Positions 40,701 through 53,298 of a stretch of 64,000 nt of DNA are shown here, piece by piece (position 1 is the first letter of the stretch; each line of letters starts with the position of its first letter). The stretch covers positions 682,001 to 746,000 of the forward strand of contig OY986949.1 of the NCBI GenBank assembly GCA_963920595.1, in the 5' to 3' direction. The notes under the pieces were generated by a model that was not told the DNA's origin, made no database searches, and saw nothing but the letters and a program-made list of their open reading frames with translations. The translations under genes and the position numbers were made by a program. This DNA comes from Eimeria praecox (Eukaryota).

Positions 40701-43700
40701 AAACTGACACGCCTCAGGGATGCTTCCACGGGACACACACATCCGAAGACGTCTTCTTCTTCTGTCCATTGCTAAATGCTCCTCAGCAGCGCGAAAACGA
40801 CCCTCTCGGTGCAACCCATACGCAGCAGTGGCGCGCATCCATCAAACATTCAACCAGGCCCCGCTATTCCAGTGCCACTACCAAAACCCACTCCGCAGCG
40901 AAGAAGCCTCCAAGCACTAGGTGAACTTCCTCAAACGAACCAGCAGCTACCCTGGCCCTTGTCAAAGGCGCGTCATGCGCTTTCAACAGATTGCTTCCGG
41001 AGAGTCATCACGGCAGTATGCATCTGCTTCGGGCTGGCGCACGCATGGTGAAGGGTCTAACCTTGAAGCCGAAGGAAAGATTTGTGGAGACGTTTTCCTT
41101 TTCCCGACGCCCACGCTTAGGCAACGCTGGACGGATCCACAACTATACGCATGCAGCAGCGACGAGGAATCCCAGCCTACCCACCCACATGAAATACTCG
41201 ATTCCCAACCGACCCCGACACACCTCAACGGCGTCGTTGCAGAAGGGAAGCATCTCCACAAATCTTTTACTCGGCTTCAAGCTTCGGCTATTCACCGCAA
41301 GGTGCATGGACCAACCTTGAAGCCGAAGGAAAGATTTGTGGAGAATCTTCCCTTCTCCGACGCCCATTCTGAGGCACCACTTGACGGATCGGATCCCCAA
41401 CTATACGCATCCAGCAGCGACGAAGCCGCCCAGTCTACCCACCCACCTGCAATACTCGATCCCCAACCGACCCAAACGCGACTCAACGGCGCCGTCGCAG
41501 AAGCGAAGCATCTCCACAAATCTTTTACTCAGCTTCAAGCTTCGGCTATTCTCCTGGCCTCCGCCAGCCCGAAGCAGATGCATATTGCCGTGACCACTCT
41601 CCGCAAGCAACAGAAACGAGATGCAGGACCCACTCTCCACAACAAACTGACACGCCTCAGGGATGCTTCCACGGGACACACACATCCGAAGACGTCTTCT
41701 TCTTCTGTCCATTGCTAAATGCTCCTCAGCAGCGCGAAAACGACCCTCTCGGTGCAACCCATACGCAGCAGTGGCGCGCATCCATCAAACATTCAACCAG
41801 GCCCCGCTATTCCAGTGCCACTACCAAAACCCACTCCGCAGCGAAGAAGCCTCCAAGCACTAGGTGAACTTCCTCAAACGAACCAGCAGCTACCCTGGCC
41901 CTTGTCAAAGCCGCGTCATGCGCTTTCAACAGATTGCTTCCGGAGAGTCATCACGGCAGTATGCATCTGCTTCGGGCTGGCGCACGCATGGTGAAGGGTC
42001 TAACCTTGAAGCCGAAGGAAAGATTTGTGGAGACGTTTTCCTTTTCCCGACGCCCACGCTTAGGCAACGCTGGACGGATCCACAACTATACGCATGCAGC
42101 AGCGACGAGGAATCCCAGCCTACCCACCCACATGAAATACTCGATTCCCAACCGACCCCGACACACCTCAACGGCGTCGTTGCAGAAGGGAAGCATCTCC
42201 ACAAATCTTTTACTCGGCTTCAAGCTTCGGCTATTCACCGCAAGGTGCATGGACCAACCTTGAAGCCCAAGGAAAGATTTGTGGAGAATCTTCCCTTCTC
42301 CGACGCCCATTCTGAGGCACCACTTGACGGATCGGATCCCCAACTATACGCATCCAGCAGCGACGAAGCCGCCCAGTCTACCCACCCACCTGCAATACTC
42401 GATCCCCAACCGACCCAAACGCGACTCAACGGCGCCGTCGCAGAAGCGAAGCATCTCCACAAATCTTTTACTCAGCTTCAAGCTTCGGCTATTCTCCTGG
42501 CCTCCGCCAGCCCGAAGCAGATGCATATTGCCGTGACCACTCTCCGCAAGCAACAGAAACGAGATGCAGGACCCACTCTCCACAACAAACTGACACGCCT
42601 CAGGGATGCTTCCACGGGACACACACATCCGAAGACGTCTTCTTCTTCTGTCCATTGCTAAATGCTCCTCAGCAGCGCGAAAACGACCCTCTCGGTGCAA
42701 CCCATACGCAGCAGTGGCGCGCATCCATCAAACATTCAACCAGGCCCCGCTATTCCAGTGCCACTACCAAAACCCACTCCGCAGCGAAGAAGCCTCCAAG
42801 CACTAGGTGAACTTCCTCAAACGAACCAGCAGCTACCCTGGCCCTTGTCAAAGGCGCGTCATGCGCTTTCAACAGATTGCTTCCGGAGAGTCATCACGGC
42901 AGTATGCATCTGCTTCGGGCTGGCGCACGCATGGTGAAGGGTCTAACCTTGAAGCCGAAGGAAAGATTTGTGGAGACGTTTTCCTTTTCCCGACGCCCAC
43001 GCTTAGGCAACGCTGGACGGATCCACAACTATACGCATGCAGCAGCGACGAGGAATCCCAGCCTACCCACCCACATGAAATACTCGATTCCCAACCGACC
43101 CCGACACACCTCAACGGCGTCGTTGCAGAAGGGAAGCATCTCCACAAATCTTTTACTCGGCTTCAAGCTTCGGCTATTCACCGCAAGGTGCATGGACCAA
43201 CCTTGAAGCCGAAGGAAAGATTTGTGGAGAATCTTCCCTTCTCCGACGCCCATTCTGAGGCACCACTTGACGGATCGGATCCCCAACTATACGCATCCAG
43301 CAGCGACGAAGCCGCCCAGTCTACCCACCCACCTGCAATACTCGATCCCCAACCGACCCAAACGCGACTCAACGGCGCCGTCGCAGAAGCGAAGCATCTC
43401 CACAAATCTTTTACTCAGCTTCAAGCTTCGGCTATTCTCCTGGCCTCCGCCAGCCCGAAGCAGATGCATATTGCCGTGACCACTCTCCGCAAGCAACAGA
43501 AACGAGATGCAGGACCCACTCTCCACAACAAACTGACACGCCTCAGGGATGCTTCCACGGGACACACACATCCGAAGACGTCTTCTTCTTCTGTCCATTG
43601 CTAAATGCTCCTCAGCAGCGCGAAAACGACCCTCTCGGTGCAACCCATACGCAGCAGTGGCGCGCATCCATCAAACATTCAACCAGGCCCCGCTATTCCA

Positions 43701-46700
43701 GTGCCACTACCAAAACCCACTCCGCAGCGAAGAAGCCTCCAAGCACTAGGTGAACTTCCTCAAACGAACCAGCAGCTACCCTGGCCCTTGTCAAAGCCGC
43801 GTCATGCGCTTTCAACAGATTGCTTCCGGAGAGTCATCACGGCAGTATGCATCTGCTTCGGGCTGGCGCACGCATGGTGAAGGGTCTAACCTTGAAGCCG
43901 AAGGAAAGATTTGTGGAGACGTTTTCCTTTTCCCGACGCCCACGCTTAGGCAACGCTGGACGGATCCACAACTATACGCATGCAGCAGCGACGAGGAATC
44001 CCAGCCTACCCACCCACATGAAATACTCGATTCCCAACCGACCCCGACACACCTCAACGGCGTCGTTGCAGAAGGGAAGCATCTCCACAAATCTTTTACT
44101 CGGCTTCAAGCTTCGGCTATTCACCGCAAGGTGCATGGACCAACCTTGAAGCCCAAGGAAAGATTTGTGGAGAATCTTCCCTTCTCCGACGCCCATTCTG
44201 AGGCACCACTTGACGGATCGGATCCCCAACTATACGCATCCAGCAGCGACGAAGCCGCCCAGTCTACCCACCCACCTGCAATACTCGATCCCCAACCGAC
44301 CCAAACGCGACTCAACGGCGCCGTCGCAGAAGCGAAGCATCTCCACAAATCTTTTACTCAGCTTCAAGCTTCGGCTATTCTCCTGGCCTCCGCCAGCCCG
44401 AAGCAGATGCATATTGCCGTGACCACTCTCCGCAAGCAACAGAAACGAGATGCAGGACCCACTCTCCACAACAAACTGACACGCCTCAGGGATGCTTCCA
44501 CGGGACACACACATCCGAAGACGTCTTCTTCTTCTGTCCATTGCTAAATGCTCCTCAGCAGCGCGAAAACGACCCTCTCGGTGCAACCCATACGCAGCAG
44601 TGGCGCGCATCCATCAAACATTCAACCAGGCCCCGCTATTCCAGTGCCACTACCAAAACCCACTCCGCAGCGAAGAAGCCTCCAAGCACTAGGTGAACTT
44701 CCTCAAACGAACCAGCAGCTACCCTGGCCCTTGTCAAAGGCGCGTCATGCGCTTTCAACAGATTGCTTCCGGAGAGTCATCACGGCAGTATGCATCTGCT
44801 TCGGGCTGGCGCACGCATGGTGAAGGGTCTAACCTTGAAGCCGAAGGAAAGATTTGTGGAGACGTTTTCCTTTTCCCGACGCCCACGCTTAGGCAACGCT
44901 GGACGGATCCACAACTATACGCATGCAGCAGCGACGAGGAATCCCAGCCTACCCACCCACATGAAATACTCGATTCCCAACCGACCCCGACACACCTCAA
45001 CGGCGTCGTTGCAGAAGGGAAGCATCTCCACAAATCTTTTACTCGGCTTCAAGCTTCGGCTATTCACCGCAAGGTGCATGGACCAACCTTGAAGCCCAAG
45101 GAAAGATTTGTGGAGAATCTTCCCTTCTCCGACGCCCATTCTGAGGCACCACTTGACGGATCGGATCCCCAACTATACGCATCCAGCAGCGACGAAGCCG
45201 CCCAGTCTACCCACCCACCTGCAATACTCGATCCCCAACCGACCCAAACGCGACTCAACGGCGCCGTCGCAGAAGCGAAGCATCTCCACAAATCTTTTAC
45301 TCAGCTTCAAGCTTCGGCTATTCTCCTGGCCTCCGCCAGCCCGAAGCAGATGCATATTGCCGTGACCACTCTCCGCAAGCAACAGAAACGAGATGCAGGA
45401 CCCACTCTCCACAACAAACTGACACGCCTCAGGGATGCTTCCACGGGACACACACATCCGAAGACGTCTTCTTCTTCTGTCCATTGCTAAATGCTCCTCA
45501 GCAGCGCGAAAACGACCCTCTCGGTGCAACCCATACGCAGCAGTGGCGCGCATCCATCAAACATTCAACCAGGCCCCGCTATTCCAGTGCCACTACCAAA
45601 ACCCACTCCGCAGCGAAGAAGCCTCCAAGCACTAGGTGAACTTCCTCAAACGAACCAGCAGCTACCCTGGCCCTTGTCAAAGCCGCGTCATGCGCTTTCA
45701 ACAGATTGCTTCCGGAGAGTCATCGCGGCAGTATGCATCTGCTTCGGGCTGGCGCACGCATGGTGAAGGGTCTAACCTTGAAGCCGAAGGAAAGATTTGT
45801 GGAGACGTTTTCCTTTTCCCGACGCCCACGCTTAGGCAACGCTGGACGGATCCACAACTATACGCATGCAGCAGCGACGAGGAATCCCAGCCTACCCACC
45901 CACATGAAATACTCGATTCCCAACCGACCCCGACACACCTCAACGGCGTCGTTGCAGAAGGGAAGCATCTCCACAAATCTTTTACTCGGCTTCAAGCTTC
46001 GGCTATTCACCGCAAGGTGCATGGACCAACCTTGAAGCCCAAGGAAAGATTTGTGGAGAATCTTCCCTTCTCCGACGCCCATTCTGAGGCACCACTTGAC
46101 GGATCGGATCCCCAACTATACGCATCCAGCAGCGACGAAGCCGCCCAGTCTACCCACCCACCTGCAATACTCGATCCCCAACCGACCCAAACGCGACTCA
46201 ACGGCGCCGTCGCAGAAGCGAAGCATCTCCACAAATCTTTTACTCGGCTTCAAGCTTCGGCTATTCTCCTGGCCTCCGCCAGCCCGAAGCAGATGCATAT
46301 TGCCGTGACCACTCTCCGCAAGCAACAGAAACGAGATGCAGGACCCACTCTCCACAACAAACTGACACGCCTCAGGGATGCTTCCACGGGACACACACAT
46401 CCGAAGACGTCTTCTTCTTCTGTCCATTGCTAAATGCTCCTCAGCAGCGCGAAAACGACCCTCTCGGTGCAACCCATACGCAGCAGTGGCGCGCATCCAT
46501 CAAACATTCAACCAGGCCCCGCTATTCCAGTGCCACTACCAAAACCCACTCCGCAGCGAAGAAGCCTCCAAGCACTAGGTGAACTTCCTCAAACGAACCA
46601 GCAGCTACCCTGGCCCTTGTCAAAGCCGCGTCATGCGCTTTCAACAGATTGCTTCCGGAGAGTCATCGCGGCAGTATGCATCTGCTTCGGGCTGGCGCAC

Positions 46701-49700
46701 GCATGGTGAAGGGTCTAACCTTGAAGCCGAAGGAAAGATTTGTGGAGACGTTTTCCTTTTTCCGACGCCCACGCTTAGGCAACGCTGGACGGATCCACAA
46801 CTATACGCATGCAGCAGCGACGAGGAATCCCAGCCTACCCACCCACATGAAATACTCGATTCCCAACCGACCCCGACACACCTCAAGGGCGTCGTTGCAG
46901 AAGGGAAGCATCTCCACAAATCTTTTACTCGGCTTCAAGCTTCGGCTATTCACCGCAAGGTGCATGGACCAACCTTGAAGCCCAAGGAAAGATTTGTGGA
47001 GAATCTTCCCTTCTCCGACGCCCATTCTGAGGCACCACTTGACGGATCGGATCCCCAACTATACGCATCCAGCAGCGACGAAGCCGCCCACTCTACCCAC
47101 CCACCTGCAATACTCGATCCCCAACCGACCCAAACGCGACTCAACGGCGCCGTCGCAGAAGCGAAGCATCTCCACAAATCTTTTACTCGGCTTCAAGCTT
47201 CGGCTATTCTCCTGGCCTCCGCCAGCCCGAAGCAGATGCATATTGCCGTGACCACTCTCCGCAAGCAACAGAAACGAGATGCAGGACCCACTCTCCACAA
47301 CAAACTGACACGCCTCAGGGATGCTTCCACGGGACACACACATCCGAAGACGTCTTCTTCTTCTGTCCATTGCTAAATGCTCCTCAGCAGCGCGAAAACG
47401 ACCCTCTCGGTGCAACCCATACGCAGCAGTGGCGCGCATCCATCAAACATTCAACCAGGCCCCGCTATTCCAGTGCCACTACCAAAACCCACTCCGCAGC
47501 GAAGAAGCCTCCAAGCACTAGGTGAACTTCCTCAAACGAACCAGCAGCTACCCTGGCCCTTGTCAAAGCCGCGTCATGCGCTTTCAACAGATTGCTTCCG
47601 GAGAGTCATCACGGCAGTATGCATCTGCTTCGGGCTGGCGCACGCATGGTGAAGGGTCTAACCTTGAAGCCGAAGGAAAGATTTGTGGAGACGTTTTCCT
47701 TTTCCCGACGCCCACGCTTAGGCAACGCTGGACGGATCCACAACTATACGCATGCAGCAGCGACGAGGAATCCCAGCCTACCCACCCACATGAAATACTC
47801 GATTCCCAACCGACCCCGACACACCTCAACGGCGTCGTTGCAGAAGGGAAGCATCTCCACAAATCTTTTACTCGGCTTCAAGCTTCGGCTATTCACCGCA
47901 AGGTGCATGGACCAACCTTGAAGCCCAAGGAAAGATTTGTGGAGAATCTTCCCTTCTCCGACGCCCATTCTGAGGCACCACTTGACGGATCGGATCCCCA
48001 ACTATACGCATCCAGCAGCGACGAAGCCGCCCAGTCTACCCACCCACCTGCAATACTCGATCCCCAACCGACCCAAACGCGACTCAACGGCGCCGTCGCA
48101 GAAGCGAAGCATCTCCACAAATCTTTTACTCGGCTTCAAGCTTCGGCTATTCTCCTGGCCTCCGCCAGCCCGAAGCAGATGCATATTGCCGTGACCACTC
48201 TCCGCAAGCAACAGAAACGAGATGCAGGACCCACTCTCCACAACAAACTGACACGCCTCAGGGATGCTTCCACGGGACACACACATCCGAAGACGTCTTC
48301 TTCTTCTGTCCATTGCTAAATGCTCCTCAGCAGCGCGAAAACGACCCTCTCGGTGCAACCCATACGCAGCAGTGGCGCGCATCCATCAAACATTCAACCA
48401 GGCCCCGCTATTCCAGTGCCACTACCAAAACCCACTCCGCAGCGAAGAAGCCTCCAAGCACTAGGTGAACTTCCTCAAACGAACCAGCAGCTACCCTGGC
48501 CCTTGTCAAAGGCGCGTCATGCGCTTTCAACAGATTGCTTCCGGAGAGTCATCGCGGCAGTATGCATCTGCTTCGGGCTGGCGCACGCATGGTGAAGGGT
48601 CTAACCTTGAAGCCGAAGGAAAGATTTGTGGAGACGTTTTCCTTTTCCCGACGCCCACGCTTAGGCAACGCTGGACGGATCCACAACTATACGCATGCAG
48701 CAGCGACGAGGAATCCCAGCCTACCCACCCACATGAAATACTCGATTCCCAACCGACCCCGACACACCTCAACGGCGTCGTTGCAGAAGGGAAGCATCTC
48801 CACAAATCTTTTACTCGGCTTCAAGCTTCGGCTATTCACCGCAAGGTGCATGGACCAACCTTGAAGCCGAAGGAAAGATTTGTGGAGAATCTTCCCTTCT
48901 CCGACGCCCATTCTGAGGCACCACTTGACGGATCGGATCCCCAACTATACGCATCCAGCAGCGACGAAGCCGCCCACTCTACCCACCCACCTGCAATACT
49001 CGATCCCCAACCGACCCAAACGCGACTCAACGGCGCCGTCGCAGAAGCGAAGCATCTCCACAAATCTTTTACTCGGCTTCAAGCTTCGGCTATTCTCCTG
49101 GCCTCCGCCAGCCCGAAGCAGATGCATATTGCCGTGACCACTCTCCGCAAGCAACAGAAACGAGATGCAGGACCCACTCTCCACAACAAACTGACACGCC
49201 TCAGGGATGCTTCCACGGGACACACACATCCGAAGACGTCTTCTTCTTCTGTCCATTGCTAAATGCTCCTCAGCAGCGCGAAAACGACCCTCTCGGTGCA
49301 ACCCATACGCAGCAGTGGCGCGCATCCATCAAACATTCAACCAGGCCCCGCTATTCCAGTGCCACTACCAAAACCCACTCCGCAGCGAAGAAGCCTCCAA
49401 GCACTAGGTGAACTTCCTCAAACGAACCAGCAGCTACCCTGGCCCTTGTCAAAGCCGCGTCATGCGCTTTCAACAGATTGCTTCCGGAGAGTCATCGCGG
49501 CAGTATGCATCTGCTTCGGGCTGGCGCACGCATGGTGAAGGGTCTAACCTTGAAGCCGAAGGAAAGATTTGTGGAGACGTTTTCCTTTTTCCGACGCCCA
49601 CGCTTAGGCAACGCTGGACGGATCCACAACTATACGCATGCAGCAGCGACGAGGAATCCCAGCCTACCCACCCACATGAAATACTCGATTCCCAACCGAC

Positions 49701-52700
49701 CCCGACACACCTCAAAGGCGTCGTTGCAGAAGGGAAGTATCTCCACGAATCTTTTATTCGGCTTCAAGCTTCGGCTATTTGCCGCATGGTGAATGGCTTT
49801 GCTTCCAGAGCTTCGTTGCATCTACTGCCGGCCTGCGTTCGCAAAGTTAATGGGATGGTGGGCATAACGGCTCTCGCCGTTGTACCAGTCAAGGAGTATC
49901 AAGCTGGAGCAGTAGGAAGTACACATCTTGCCACCTAAATAGATGATAGGCGCGGACACGGCTTGGTTCAGTCCAGATTGTATGCTCTGTAGGCTTGAAG
50001 AATGATGAACGTTCCTCATACTCCAGCACTGATCTTCGTTTGACTTTGACAAACTCGTGGCATATGCTATTATTAAAGCCTATTTCTGTTGATGCCATTG
50101 GCTTTGTAGTACGTACAAGCTCAAAGCAAGCGTGAAAGCGTACAGTGAAATTGCATCGGCTGAGCGGTAGGCAGATATCACGCTCATTTTAAAGGTGGAT
50201 ATTTACCCCGGAGAGAACGGAGCAAGAAAGATCAGCATGTTTTGCCTGAAGCGTTAACCTCAAAAAACAACTCTTTTCAATTAGCCGACACTGCCCTCCA
50301 AGCAGTTCAAACTAGAAGTCTTGGCGCCATTGACCTCTCGATCGCTCTAGTTTGCTTGCGTTCAAATCGCAATACCTTCAAAGTGCTCATACACCGTTTT
50401 TCTCGCTTGTCCTCAGACGTATCTGTAACAGAAGACGGTTCGTGTATTACTGGGCCCAAAAATTGCAGTGAGTGCTTTTAACGTAGTAAATGCTATTCTA
50501 TGGGCCTCTTCATACCGGCACTAACTCTTTTGTGAAAATAGTCACAAGCAGAACAGTTTCATACTGAAGCACTGGGAGAGAAGCTGCTCCTTTGGTTGCA
50601 GCATCTGAGGAGAATTATTTGTGTTCACATGGTGGCTGCTAAGCTGAGGGCCTAAGCAAGCTACCCTTCTCTTGTACAGATACTTAAGCAAGTTAGTGAT
50701 GGCAAACATGTCACTGGAGACCTGACACAGTCCCGTGAGTCCCTTCTCGGCTTATGCAAAAGGCGCTTTTTCTATGCTGCATATCATTTTTGTTGCACTC
50801 TAGAACCCCCCGACTGCATTTAGTATTCTGCACAGATGAATTCAGTGAAGCCTTGCCATAGATTCCCACTTCAGCGAGTGGGGATCTAGGGGATGTGGTT
50901 ACTGCCAAAGCAGAACATGAAATCCAGAATATGGTTGTCTGGCGGTGCACTCAGGGGAACTGATTATAGGCTAAGCCCCTAAGCTGCCATCCAGCACAGC
51001 GAGCCGAAGTGGAATCCCGAGTGCACAAGCGGCAGCTGGGATACCATCAGCAAGTTCCAATGTATTCCAAAACGCGAATATGCAAATGAAAGGCATAAGG
51101 GACAAGGCCAAACACACTCCAAATTTTCTTTCTAGGTAGCAGCTGGTGGATAGTAAACTATGTACTGTCCCAGCCGGGCTTCTCACCGTGCAGGAAGCTC
51201 ATCCAGAACCCACAGGGTCGCACAAAGCCAGTTATTGCTGCAGTAAAAGAAAATCGTAATTGCGCGTGCGCACCCCGTTTCAACTACGCTGGATTTTGGC
51301 TCCGCAAGGCAAGCAGAGAATGGCTTTACAGCGCAAGCCCCTTTGCTTGCCCGCCTTTCTAAACAAGCAGCTGGCTGCCCTAAATTTAGCGCAGGCACTC
51401 TCCACAGAGATAAGTGTCTGATTAAGGAACCGTGATTAGTGTCTCAGTTTGCAGCTAGGACGAAGCAGCTTGCGACGGCTACAAATCCCTCAGGTGAATA
51501 TGATTTCCTGAAGCCAATTTCGATCAAATAGGTGGTGGACAAAAACTGCCGCGTTTGGTAGCTAGCTACATAACAATATGAGCAATCACTGCCCAGCAAA
51601 TCCTCACTCATATTTCTCGCTTTGTACCAAATGTAACGTGCATGGCTGCAGGTGACAGTAAGAACAGTTGCTGTTGAAATAAAAGCTAGGGTCAGGAGTG
51701 TGTTGCTCACTCGTAACGTGCAGCCTTTCCCAGGAATACTAGCAGAGCAGGGCGGCCTTCTACTAATGTACTCAGCTCAGCCCAGACGATTGTGCAGCTT
51801 AGGTTTTACAGGTGTCTGTGATGTACATCCACTATGGCGACAGCCTTGCTATGCGCCTGCAGTGGCCCCAGTTGTACATCAAACTGCTCGAGCGGCACGT
51901 GCTACAGGGTAACGGGAAGTGACCGCAAGCCGGCGGTATCCATGGCCCCTACCGGAAAATCAACCACTGTAGCCTTCTAACCTAATTAGATAATTCTTCC
52001 GCACGCTAAACCATTATTGAAATTACCCACCAACGCGCGTAAACGGTAGTAGCCGGGTGACCACTCGCAGGTTTAGTGAGAGGTCATCTCTACTGCGATT
52101 ACACTGCGACTTCTTCGAAGTCGCAGTGTAATGGTTTCACTTTGCTATGTGAACGCCCTTGTCAAACAGTGGCAGAGTGGGAAACAGCTGATCACTCAGC
52201 TTACCTATTTCCGGGCATGCTGGAGTGTCGGAAGAAGCAAACACGTCGTTTTCCTCGATAAAAAGACATCTTCGCATGTTTGTTGATGCATATTGGTGCA
52301 CAAACGTCTTTTATGAATGAAATGTTCACGCATGCCTGCACTCTTTCAGAGTGCAGGCATCTGTGGCATGAATAGCTTGCCGTCGCTAGAGCTGGGCTAC
52401 ACAACGACAGAGGCACAGTTACTATGTAACAACACGCGCTACGACTTCGTGCGCCATGGGTTCCGCCGAATAGCTGAGGTCAGTAGTACCCGTCAAAGCC
52501 CTCGCGACTGCGACAAGTAAGGTATGACGGTGAGATTGCCACCGGACTTATCACCCTGGGGGGGTTCCCTTTCACCTGCAGAAAGCCCGCTGCTACCGCC
52601 TTGTATAATTGCACACGTATATACCAGCCAACTGAAAGGAGGTTCAAGCCGGAAGGAAGATGTTTGTGAGGCCACCCGCTCATAAAACTATGTGGAATAT

Positions 52701-53298
52701 CCAACCTCCTATTGCACTTGATGTTGTCAAACACTGGCAAGGCTGCCCCTCTTGATTGATGCGCTCTGTCACGAAAAGTCGAGCTTGGACGTTGTGCTGT
52801 AATTGTTCCTAAACTGTTTTGGGCGAGATAACGAACGAATGCATTGCTCAAGGGCGCACAGCTTCTGCTGAAGCTCCAGCTGCACCTGGAGCAGTTGTCG
52901 TCCTGTTGCCGAACCGACGACGCGGCTGCAGGCTTCAGCGAATTCCTTCACTGCGGCAACGTACGCAATCTCAACTACGCGCTTGGTTTAGGTGTAACAA
53001 TATAGGAGCAGCCGCACGAACGCTTTCCCTACATGAATGGCGAATAGGTAACAGCCTGCTAGTAGGAACTGACTAGTCACAGGGCCGTACCAGTGACGAA
53101 TTGTATGCCGCGTTGATGGAACATGCTAAGGACATCAAAGGCCTGGTAGAACGGTATTTGCGCCGCCTGCATAGCCACAGCACGAAACGAATTCCGTTCG
53201 CACCGAGTTTCGCAGCGGTTTGAAACACGTATGAAATTCCTATGGTGGTCTGGTTCCTAGGCATAAACATGGTTCGTGCGCTGGACAGGAAAATGTGT

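Larger units (their letters stand above)
1..49798. repeat. Tandem array of ~53 copies of a 943-bp unit, truncated by the left window edge
   Basis: The marker GTGAACTTCCTCAAAC recurs 53 times (600, 1543, 2483, 3426 ... 48465, 49408). Spacing is 943 bp except 940 (once), 770 (twice), 982 (three times) and 945 (twice). Units otherwise differ by scattered SNPs. Homology ends at ~49,798. Confidence 0.99.

Noticed and set aside
1..49798. CRISPR array
   Set aside because: The sequences between repeats are themselves repeated, there are no unique spacers or cas genes, and the context is eukaryotic.
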